From NCBI GenBank assembly GCA_965223005.1, contig CBDCVK010000010.1:224001-288000 (forward strand): a stretch of DNA of 64,000 bases, written 5' to 3'. Below are positions 1-11,429 of this stretch, one piece after another (position 1 is the stretch's first letter; each line of letters opens with the position of its first letter). Made by a program: the position numbers and the translations under genes. The notes beneath the pieces were generated by a model. The model was not told where the DNA came from and ran no database searches. It was given only the letters and a program-made list of their open reading frames with translations. The stretch comes from Terriglobia bacterium. GTDB taxonomy: Bacteria > Acidobacteriota > Terriglobia > JAJPHL01 > JAPKYU01.

Positions 1-133
1 CGCAGCAGGTACTGGTTCTTCCGTGCACTGCCGTGATCCGTTGCGTCGAGCTGGGCCGAGGGTGCGGCCTGGTGAGGTTCTTCCTGGCGGCAGTCCACGC
101 CTTCTTTTCCTTGAGCCTTCTCACTCCCGCCTA

Positions 134-601
134 CTATTTCGCCAACTGCTTCCAATACTCGGCAGCCAGGAGACCCTTCTCAATTTGTGGCAGCGTCCTC
201 CAGCGGTCGATGTCACGCGCCTTCAGAATGGGGTATGCAGATGTAGCACCGCCAACACCCGGACTCTCCACCGAGAAAACGACGCGGCTGATCTGAGCCT
301 CACGAATCGCATAAGAGCAGAGGAAGCAAGGTTCGTTGGTTGTGTAAAGTGTCGCCTGTGACAACTTCGTTCGTCCAGCAGCCCGCAGAGCTGCTACGAC
401 CGCAAGAATCTCAGCGTGTGCAAAAGGGTCGCTACCGGCTGGTGAGCGCTCCTCGGCCTCCGCCATGATCTGTCCCTCCAGCGTGATCACACAGCCGACC
501 GGTGTGTTGCCGGCCTTGGTTGCCAGGATGGCCAGATCGATACAGCGCCGCATCATGAGTTGATCGAAGACCCGTTGATCGAAGGCCGGGTCGGCTGGCA
601 T
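134..601 (-). CDS. Nucleoside deaminase (TadA/cytidine deaminase-like family)
   Basis: Zn-binding motifs HAE (FAHAEIL) and PCxxC (TNEPCFLC); N-terminal PVGCVI typical of TadA-like proteins. Confidence 0.85.
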   Translation of the reverse strand: MPADPAFDQRVFDQLMMRRCIDLAILATKAGNTPVGCVITLEGQIMAEAEERSPAGSDPFAHAEILAVVAALRAAGRTKLSQATLYTTNEPCFLCSYAIREAQISRVVFSVESPGVGGATSAYPILKARDIDRWRTLPQIEKGLLAAEYWKQLAK

Positions 602-619
602 CGTTTTAGGCTTCCCTTT

Positions 620-2299
620 TCACCGCATCCCCTTTTGCCCTTCGCGCAAGCCCAGAGACTTGATCTTGGAGGACAGAGTGGTGGGCCTGAGTCCGAGTAG
701 CCTGGCGGCTCCGGTTGGGCCTGAGATTCTCCAATGGGTTGCCTCCAGCGCTGCAAGCAGGTTGTCCCGCTCATCGCGCTTGAGTTGTTTGTAGTTCAGA
801 ACCTCTTTGGGACCTTTCTTCGACTCAATCGCCTCAACAGAGCTGCGGTTCTTGTCGCTCACGGCACCAGATAAATCAAACTCCAGGGGGCCCGATTGCG
901 CCCCAATGACTGCTCTCTCAATGATGTTCTGCAGCTCACGGATATTGCCTGGCCACTCGTGGCGCTGAAGAGTTTCAACGTGCCGGCGCTTGAGCCTCTG
1001 TGTCGGAACGCCTAACCGCTGACTGGCCTGCTCGAGGAAGTGCTCGGCCAGCATCGGCACATCGTCCAGCCGCTCACGGAGCGGAGCGACGTTGACGGGG
1101 AACACGCTGAGCCGGTAGTACAGGTCCTCCCGAAACCGCCCCGCTTCAACCTCGTGTTTCAGATTCCGGTTGGTCGCCGCAATGACTCTCACGTCAACCT
1201 TTTGCGTGCGCTCATCCCCGACCCGATCGAACGTCCCCTCTTGCAACACGCGCAGGAGCTTGCTCTGCAAATCCACCGGAATCTCGCCAACTTCATCGAG
1301 AAAAAGCGTTCCTCCGTCGGCAAGCTGAAAGCGGCCGACACGGTCCCTGATTGCCCCGGTGAACGCGCCCTTGACGTGGCCGAAGAACTCGCTTTCGAAC
1401 AGCTCCCGCGGCACCGAACCGCAGTTCACCTTGACCATCGCACGGTCCCTCCTGCGGCTGCACTCGTGAATTGCGCGCGCGATGAGTTCCTTCCCGGTGC
1501 CCGACTCGCCACAGATCAGCACGGTCGTATCGGCAGGTCCCACAAGGCCAACCTGGGCCAACACATTCCGCAACGCTGAGCTTTGGCCGACCATGTCGCC
1601 AAAGCCTTGTGCGACCTTAAACTCTTCCCGGAGATATTCGTTTTCGGATTCTAGCCGGCGATGGAGCTGCTCGATCTGCTCAAACGCGCGGGCGTTGGCG
1701 ATCGCTACTGCTGCATGATCCGCGAACAGGCGTAGCCATGACACCTTTTCGGGACTCAGCCGCTCCCGTGTGAATACTCCCAATACACCGAGAATCTCCC
1801 CGCGGAATGTGAGTGGGTGGCCGGCGAACGTTCGAATACCCTCTTTATGCAGCCAGTCATCGCGTGCGATCCACTTCTCGTCGTCGGCAGTGTTTAACAG
1901 GTATTCCGATTGTCCGCTCGCACCGACTCGCCCGACGATCCGGACACCCAATGGAAACCGTTGAAAGTCACCATCCATTCGGTACCACCAATGGCCGCTC
2001 AAAGGATTCGTTGGCTTTCCCGTGCTGGCTTTCAGGTGCAGGCAACGCTCTTGATCCGGACACTCAGCCCGCATCGGGCACCGTTCGCAAATGTCACCAG
2101 GCGCGGTCAGCCAGATGCGGGCCAACGTACACGACGCCTCGTCAGTTAATCCCATCACGATCTTCTGCAGGACGGTCTCCACGCCACGAGCCTCTGCGAC
2201 CGCCACAGACACGGACTGAAGCAACTCTAGATTGAGAGACTCAGGTTGGACCTGCGACCCACGGCCCCGGACTATGTCGTTCCCCATGGTGGTTTGCAA
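620..2299 (-). CDS. Sigma54-dependent transcriptional activator, GAF + AAA+ + HTH (FhlA-like)
   Basis: GESGTGKE Walker A, GAFTGA loop, LFLDEVGE Walker [10 protein letters not shown]-terminal HTH ([13 protein letters not shown]); N-terminal GAF domain with Cys-rich insert. Confidence 0.92.
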   Translation of the reverse strand: MQTTMGNDIVRGRGSQVQPESLNLELLQSVSVAVAEARGVETVLQKIVMGLTDEASCTLARIWLTAPGDICERCPMRAECPDQERCLHLKASTGKPTNPLSGHWWYRMDGDFQRFPLGVRIVGRVGASGQSEYLLNTADDEKWIARDDWLHKEGIRTFAGHPLTFRGEILGVLGVFTRERLSPEKVSWLRLFADHAAVAIANARAFEQIEQLHRRLESENEYLREEFKVAQGFGDMVGQSSALRNVLAQVGLVGPADTTVLICGESGTGKELIARAIHECSRRRDRAMVKVNCGSVPRELFESEFFGHVKGAFTGAIRDRVGRFQLADGGTLFLDEVGEIPVDLQSKLLRVLQEGTFDRVGDERTQKVDVRVIAATNRNLKHEVEAGRFREDLYYRLSVFPVNVAPLRERLDDVPMLAEHFLEQASQRLGVPTQRLKRRHVETLQRHEWPGNIRELQNIIERAVIGAQSGPLEFDLSGAVSDKNRSSVEAIESKKGPKEVLNYKQLKRDERDNLLAALEATHWRISGPTGAARLLGLRPTTLSSKIKSLGLREGQKGMR

Positions 2300-2309
2300 G
2301 TCAATAGAT

Positions 2310-2361
2310 ACGATATTTCGTTATCTGTCAACGATAAATCGTCATTGTAACGACAACTCGT
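2310..2361. promoter_or_regulatory. Three palindromic ACGA-N4-TCGT sites, putative upstream activator sequences
   Basis: ACGATATTTCGT 2310-2321, ACGATAAATCGT 2331-2342, ACGACAACTCGT 2350-2361, lying between the activator gene and a -24/-12 promoter. Confidence 0.65.
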
Positions 2362-2431
2362 TTAACGCCGGTTGCCGAGAGAAATGCACTAACCTATAAT
2401 TATATCAATCACATATAGGAAGTAAGTACCT

Positions 2432-2448
2432 TTGGAACTCTCCGTGCT
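2432..2448 (+). promoter_or_regulatory. Sigma54 (-24/-12) promoter for the hydrolase operon
   Basis: TTGGAACTCTCCGTGCT with GG(2434-35)-N10-GC(2446-47); divergent from a sigma54 activator; AT-rich IHF-like stretch TATCAATCACATA just upstream. Confidence 0.7.
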
Positions 2449-2503
2449 CCTTTGGATGTTGATGAGTCAAATCCCTGCAAAGGGAATCAAAGGAGATAGA
2501 GAA

Positions 2504-3421
2504 ATGGCCCAATCAATGAATCCAACACAACGCCAAACGATGCACCGATCCGTGGAGATCGACGGGTTGGAGATCTTCTTTCGGGAATCCGGTCCATCAG
2601 ATGCTCCAACGATTTTACTACTGCATGGCTTCCCGACCTCCTCGCACATGTTCCGCAACCTGATTCCCAGGTTGTCGGATCGCTTCCACCTCGTTGCTCC
2701 GGACTATCCCGGCTATGGGGCCAGCTCCATGCCCAGTCTCGATTCGTTCGAGTATTCGTTCGACAACCTGGCACGGGTCATCGAGAAGTTCATCGACAAG
2801 CTTAGGCTCACCAGCTACAGCCTCTATCTGATGGACTATGGTGCGCCAGTCGGTTACCGCGTCGCGGCCAGTCGTCCGGAACGCGTGCAATCCCTAATCG
2901 TCCAGAACGGCAACGCTTGCGATGAAGGCCTTCTTGACTTCTGGAACCCGATTAAGGCCTTCTGGAAAGGAAAGACAGCGGAGAACGCCCAGGTACTTCG
3001 GGACACTCTGCTGACGATCGAGGCGACGAAGTGGCAATACACCAACGGCGTTCGCAACGTCGAGACGATCGCACCTGACAATTGGTTCAACGACCAGTTC
3101 TTGCTCGACCGTCCCGGAAACAAAGACATCCAGATCGAGCTCTTCTACAGCTACGGAACGAATCCGCCGCTCTATCCCGAGTGGCAGGCCTACCTCCGTC
3201 AACACCAGCCGCCGACGCTGATCGCCTGGGGCAAGAACGACTACATCTTCCCCGCCGAAGGCGCCGAACCATACAAGCGCGATCTGGACAATGTCGACTT
3301 CCACCTGCTCGACACCGGGCATTTCGCACTGGAGGAAGACGGAGAAGTGATCGCCAACCTGATGCGCAATTTCCTCGAGAGGAATGTTGCGCGTCAAAAC
3401 GAGCGTGCCTCAGCGGCATGA
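2504..3421 (+). CDS. Alpha/beta hydrolase (epoxide hydrolase/haloalkane dehalogenase-like)
   Basis: [13 protein letters not shown] oxyanion motif, DYG nucleophile elbow, TGHFALE catalytic His; RBS AAGGAG upstream of ATG 2504. Confidence 0.9.
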   Translation: MAQSMNPTQRQTMHRSVEIDGLEIFFRESGPSDAPTILLLHGFPTSSHMFRNLIPRLSDRFHLVAPDYPGYGASSMPSLDSFEYSFDNLARVIEKFIDKLRLTSYSLYLMDYGAPVGYRVAASRPERVQSLIVQNGNACDEGLLDFWNPIKAFWKGKTAENAQVLRDTLLTIEATKWQYTNGVRNVETIAPDNWFNDQFLLDRPGNKDIQIELFYSYGTNPPLYPEWQAYLRQHQPPTLIAWGKNDYIFPAEGAEPYKRDLDNVDFHLLDTGHFALEEDGEVIANLMRNFLERNVARQNERASAA

Positions 3422-3485
3422 AACAACTGCGACTCTTGTGGGCCGCCGGTATCGAAATCGGCGGCCCACCACAGGGAGACGAAAC

Positions 3486-4169
3486 ATGGCCCGGCCAATT
3501 AGCGACATTGCCTTTACCCCAAGCGTGAAGGCCGCCCAAAAGGTACGAGGTTCCCGCGCCGCCTACGCCAAGATGGAGCAACGGGGAGGTTGGAACGATG
3601 TGATCACTCCGGAACTGAGGGAGTTCATCGCGCAGCGCGAATCTTTCTATCTTGGGACTGCCAGCGCCGAAGGCCAGCCCTATGTCCAGCACCGAGGAGG
3701 TCCGAAGGGCTTCCTTAAGGTCCTCGACGAGAAGACCCTGGCGATGGCCGACTACGCAGGCAACTCCCAGTACATCTCACTTGGTAATCTGGCGGATAAC
3801 GACAAGGCATTTATCTTCTTGATGGACTATCCACATCAGAGTCGTATCAAAATCTGGGGTACCGCAGAGTTCGTCGAGAATGACCCCGCGCTCCTTGACC
3901 GGGTCATCGACCGCGACTACCAGGCGCGGCCGCAGAGGGTCCTCGTCTTCCACCTGAAGGCCTGGGATGTCAACTGTACGCAGCACATTCAGCGACGGTT
4001 CACTGTCGAGGAGATGCAGCCGATCATCCAGCGACTTCACGACCGAATCGGCGAACTCGAAGCCCATAACGCGAAGCTTGAGTCAAAACTGGCAGCGGGG
4101 ACCGAGCCCGTGCCCCCTGGATCAACCAGAGTTTCGAAGCCTGCCTCTCCCCAGGCCTTTTCTCAATGA
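3486..4169 (+). CDS. Pyridoxamine 5'-phosphate oxidase family FMN-binding protein
   Basis: GQPYVQHRGGPKGFLKVLD, DYAGNSQYISLGN and WDVNC motifs; RBS GGAG before ATG 3486. Confidence 0.85.
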   Translation: MARPISDIAFTPSVKAAQKVRGSRAAYAKMEQRGGWNDVITPELREFIAQRESFYLGTASAEGQPYVQHRGGPKGFLKVLDEKTLAMADYAGNSQYISLGNLADNDKAFIFLMDYPHQSRIKIWGTAEFVENDPALLDRVIDRDYQARPQRVLVFHLKAWDVNCTQHIQRRFTVEEMQPIIQRLHDRIGELEAHNAKLESKLAAGTEPVPPGSTRVSKPASPQAFSQ

Positions 4170-4377
4170 AACAGCACAAGCAGTATCCGACCAGCCGTCG
4201 TTCCCTTCTTCCTGGGAGCGCAGCCCTAAACCCAAAAGGAGGTATTGGCACTATTAGGCTGCAGCAATTCTCTGAAACGGCAAGAGTTAGACCAGTCTCG
4301 GTAGACAGGTCCCCACTCACCAGAGCGCAGACTTTGTGTTAAGCTACCGCTGAGGCAGAATCCGGGGGCTTTTTCTC

Positions 4378-4836
4378 ATGGGCAGCATCGGGGAATTCCT
4401 CGAGCGCGAACTCTATTTCGTGCGCACCGAGCAGTCGGTTCTGGACGTCGCCCGCTACATGGCGCAGCGCAACGTTGGCGGCGTGGCGGTGCTGGAGGCT
4501 CTGCCCGACGGCAGCGAGCGGCTGGCCGGGGTCTTCACCGAACGGGACCTGATGATGCGAGTGGTGCTCCGCGGGTTGGAACCGGACGCTACCCCGGTCG
4601 CCAAGGTCATGACGCCCAACCCGGTCGTGGTGGACAAAGGCATTTCGGTCGAAACCTGCCTTCGCACCATGAAGGAGGCCAACTGCCGCCACCTGCCGGT
4701 GGTCTCAGCCGGGCGGCTGGTGGGCATGGTCTCACTGCGCGACCTGCTCCAGTTGGAAATCGCCGACCGTTCTGAAGAAGCAGACCTGATGCGCTCCTAC
4801 ATCCACTCGGTACCTCCCGGGACGGAACTCCCGTGA
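4378..4836 (+). CDS. CBS domain-containing protein
   Basis: Tandem CBS motifs GVFTERDL, VMTPNP, RHLPVV, GMVSLRDLL. Confidence 0.9.
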   Translation: MGSIGEFLERELYFVRTEQSVLDVARYMAQRNVGGVAVLEALPDGSERLAGVFTERDLMMRVVLRGLEPDATPVAKVMTPNPVVVDKGISVETCLRTMKEANCRHLPVVSAGRLVGMVSLRDLLQLEIADRSEEADLMRSYIHSVPPGTELP

Positions 4837-5216
4837 CCACGGTGATTCTGTTTGCTCACGGCTCGCCGGTGTCCGAAGCCAATCAGGGAATCGCCGCGCT
4901 GGCGCGTCGGGTGGAGGAAAGCATGCCGGGCGGAGTCGTCTTGCCGGCTTTCCTCGATTCTGCGCAGCCGGACCTGGGCGCGGCCGTGGCGGAGGCTGTC
5001 CGACGCGGTGCTTCGCGCTTGGTGGTGATGCCCTACTTCCTGACCGTGGGGCTGCACCTGCGGCGGGACCTGCCGCGGCTGATCGCTGAACAGCGCGCCC
5101 GCTTCCCGCAGGTGGAAATTCTGGTCAGCGAATCGCTGGAGGGTTACGCAAACATGGCGGAGGCCGTGGTGGGCCGTGTGCGCGAGGCCCTGAACGGGAC
5201 CGAGAGAGTTCCGTGA
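4833..5216 (+). CDS. CbiX/SirB-like sirohydrochlorin chelatase (short form)
   Basis: AHGS motif, AFLD, MPYFLxxGxHxxxDLP; GTGA overlap with the upstream gene. Confidence 0.8.
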   Translation: MTTVILFAHGSPVSEANQGIAALARRVEESMPGGVVLPAFLDSAQPDLGAAVAEAVRRGASRLVVMPYFLTVGLHLRRDLPRLIAEQRARFPQVEILVSESLEGYANMAEAVVGRVREALNGTERVP

Positions 5217-5238
5217 GTTGCCAGTCCGCATCGGTCTC

Positions 5239-5565
5239 ATGCCAAGCGTAGAAGAACTGCTGGAACTGCTCGAGGAGGATCCGAACGACCACATGTTGCG
5301 CTACGGGCTGGGAATGGAGTACCTGCGCGGGGAACAATACGCCGAAGCAATGGCGGCGTTCGAACAGACCATCCAGACGCAGCCCGGCTATTCCGTGGCC
5401 TACCGCGAACTGGCCCGCTGCCTGATGCGCCGTGGCCAGTCGGAGAAAGCCCGTCCGATCTTGATCCAAGGTAAGAAAGTCGCCACCGAAAAGAGCGACC
5501 TGCAGGTCATCAAGGACATCGAACAACTTCTGCGTGAGCTTCCGCCCTCTGCGCCCCAGCAATAA
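5239..5565 (+). CDS. Small tetratricopeptide repeat protein
   Basis: DPNDHMLRYGLGMEY...YSVAYRELARCL TPR pattern. Confidence 0.75.
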   Translation: MPSVEELLELLEEDPNDHMLRYGLGMEYLRGEQYAEAMAAFEQTIQTQPGYSVAYRELARCLMRRGQSEKARPILIQGKKVATEKSDLQVIKDIEQLLRELPPSAPQQ

Positions 5566-5716
5566 CCCCAAGTTATCAGCGCAACAACAACATTAGCTCT
5601 TGCAGAGACTGCTGCCCGCGAGCACTCTGGGACTCATTAGGAAGGATGAAAGAGCGGGTGCCACAGTCGGTTCCGACGGCAGGAGAAGGACCAATGGGCC
5701 TACCCGACGAAGAGCG

Positions 5717-5768
5717 TCCGGCGCAGAGCGAGACGCCTCCGGCGCAGAGCGAGACGCCTCCGGCGCAG
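5717..5768. repeat. 21-bp tandem repeat (about 2.5 copies)
   Basis: TCCGGCGCAGAGCGAGACGCC at 5717 and 5738, partial copy at 5759. Confidence 0.85.
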
Positions 5769-5961
5769 CAGCCGACCTCCACTCGCAAGTATCCCGTCTT
5801 CGGCTACGAATAACCCTGTCTGACCTCCGCTTAGAGGCCGGGGAGCCGGGAGTTTTTGTCCCCGCATGCTCACTGCAAACAGACCCCAGTAATCTTCGGC
5901 TGGCTAGCACTGGCTGGGCATGACACAGAGCAGCGGGTCGGCTATGCTGGTGCCCGGGCCG

Positions 5962-6825
<864 letters not shown>

Positions 6826-6872
6826 AAAAGCAAATAGCTAAGAAAAAGCCGGGCAAAACAGCCGGGCAAGAA

Positions 6873-7994
6873 ATGGACCTGAACATTATCCAAGACCCAC
6901 GCCTTCGGCCGATCGCTGAAAGAGTACTCTCCGGGCAGCGGCTCTCATTCCAGGATGGATTGGCGCTTTTTGGCTCGGCGGACCTACTGGCGCTGGGCTA
7001 CCTGGCCAACCACGTCCGGGAGAAACTGCACGGCAAGGTCACCTACTTCAACGTCAACCGGCATATCAACCCCACCAACGTCTGCGTGGCCAGTTGCAAG
7101 CTGTGTGCCTTTGGGCGGAAGAAGAACGCGCCCGGCGCCTACACCATGTCCCTGGAGGAAGCCTGGCGCATCGCGGCCACCGGCTATACGGAGGCGGTCA
7201 CTGAGTTCCACATCGTGGGAGGGCTGCACCCGGATCTGCCGCTGGAGTGGTTCCTGGACCTGATTCGGGGGCTCCGCGAGCGCTTCCCGAGCGTGCATCT
7301 GAAGGCGTTTACCATGGTGGAGGTGGGGTACCTGGCGCGGCGCGCCCGGCTCTCGACCCGGGAGACACTGGAGCAGTTAAAAGAGGCCGGGGTGGGCTCG
7401 CTGCCCGGCGGCGGCGCGGAAGTCTTCAACGCCCGCATCCGTGAGATCATTGCCGCCCACAAGATCAGCGGCGAAGAGTGGCTGGAGACAGCGCGCACCG
7501 CCCACCAGATCGGGCTGCGCTCCAACGCCACCATGCTCTACGGCCACCTGGAGAATGACGAAGACCGCGTGGATCACCTCGTCCGGCTGCGCGAGTTGCA
7601 GGATGAGACCGGCGGCTTCATGACCTACATCCCTCTGGCTTTCCACCCGGCGCATACGGCGCTGGAGTTTCTGTCCTCGACCACCGGCTTTACCGATCTG
7701 AAGAACATCGCCGTCGGCCGGCTGCTGCTGGACAATTTTCCCCACGTCAAGGCCTACTGGATCATGATGACGCCCCGTGTGGCCCAGGTGGCGCTGCGAT
7801 TCGGCGCCGACGACATTGATGGCACGGTCATTGAAGAGAAGATTTACCACGACGCCGGCGCCACCACCGCGCAGTCACTGACCCGGGCCGAATTGCTGCG
7901 TCTGATCAGTGACGCCGGCCGCGAGCCGGTCGAGCGCGATACGCTCTACCACCCTGTTTCCCGCACCGAAGCCACCCTCACCGTCCAGGTCTGA
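6873..7994 (+). CDS. mqnE: Aminofutalosine synthase (radical SAM)
   Basis: NRHINPTNVCxxxCxxC, HIVGGLHP, PGGGAE, SNATMLYGH, HVKAYW, EEKIYHDAG. Confidence 0.92.
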   Translation: MDLNIIQDPRLRPIAERVLSGQRLSFQDGLALFGSADLLALGYLANHVREKLHGKVTYFNVNRHINPTNVCVASCKLCAFGRKKNAPGAYTMSLEEAWRIAATGYTEAVTEFHIVGGLHPDLPLEWFLDLIRGLRERFPSVHLKAFTMVEVGYLARRARLSTRETLEQLKEAGVGSLPGGGAEVFNARIREIIAAHKISGEEWLETARTAHQIGLRSNATMLYGHLENDEDRVDHLVRLRELQDETGGFMTYIPLAFHPAHTALEFLSSTTGFTDLKNIAVGRLLLDNFPHVKAYWIMMTPRVAQVALRFGADDIDGTVIEEKIYHDAGATTAQSLTRAELLRLISDAGREPVERDTLYHPVSRTEATLTVQV

Positions 7995-9092
7995 GTTCCC
8001 AAGGTCCGAGTTGTCCAGGTCCGAGTTGCAATGACGCTTGTATTGGTCAAAAGACGAACTCCAAACCCGTAACTTTGCCGATTCCTTTGCGATGATAGAA
8101 TGCGCCAGAAAATGAGGTTTCTATCATGCAGCGTCTTCTGATAGCGATGCTTCTGCTGGTCGGCCTTGGGCTGGCCGCGGGTTTCACCCATACTCGGGCC
8201 GGTGGTCCCGCGCGCCCTCAGTCCCAACCTGTCACGCAGAGCGGCCACACAAGCGCAGTCAATGATGTCGCCTTCAGCCCCGACGGGCGCTGGCTGGCTT
8301 CCGGAAGCTCGGACCTGACGGTTAGGCTGTGGGAGGCAGCTACGGGGCGCGAGGTGCGGACGCTGGCCGGCCACAGCAACTCGGTTGAAGCCGTCGCCTT
8401 CAGTCCCGACGGCCGCTGGCTGGCCTCGGGCAGCTGGGACAAGACGATCAAGCTGTGGGAGGTAGCCACGGGGCGTGAGGTGCGCACGCTGGATGGCCAC
8501 AGCAGCTGGATCGGAACCGTCGCCTTCAGTCCCGACGGCCGCTGGCTGGCCTCGGGCAGCTGGGATGGGCCGATCAAGTTGTGGGAGGTCGCCACGGGGC
8601 GCGAGGTGCGCGCTTTGGCCGGCCACACCGGCTCGGTCAATGGTGTCGCCTTTAGCCCCGACGGGCTCCGGCTGGCTTCGGCGAACGACGACGAGACTAT
8701 CAGGCTGTGGGAGGTAGCTACGGGGCGCGAGGTGCGCAAGCAGCCAGGCCGCCGCATGTGCATCACCTTCAGTCCCGACGGGCGCTGGCTGGCCACGGGG
8801 ACCTGGCGCAGGACGGTGCTGTTGGAGGCAGCCACGGGGCACGAGGTGCGCACACTGGCCGGTCACCGCGGCTGGGTTGGAGCCGTCGCCTTCAGTCCCG
8901 ACGGGCGCTGGCTGGCCTCTGCGAACGAGGACGAGACGGTCAAGCTGTGGGAGGTAGCCACGGGGCGCGAGGTGCGCACACTGGCCAGCCACCGCGGCGG
9001 TTTCGGAGCCGTCGTCCTCGTTCGGAGCCGTCGTCCTCGTTCCCGACGGGCGCTGACTGACCTCGGGGAGCAAGTACAGCCTCACAAAGCCC

Positions 9093-11399
<2,307 letters not shown>

Positions 11400-11429
11400 G
11401 CAGGCCTCGGTTCAGGCACTTCGCTCGGG

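Noticed and set aside
1-130. Possible minus-strand gene start at the window edge
   Set aside because: Too short to identify
5717-5768. Possible CRISPR array
   Set aside because: Repeats are contiguous with no unique spacers, and there are no cas genes
8240-9000. DNA-level direct repeats
   Set aside because: Explained by WD40 coding repeats
9050-9060. TGA at a Trp position suggesting recoding
   Set aside because: Lies in a frameshifted decayed repeat with no SECIS; TGA is used as a stop and TGG as Trp throughout the window
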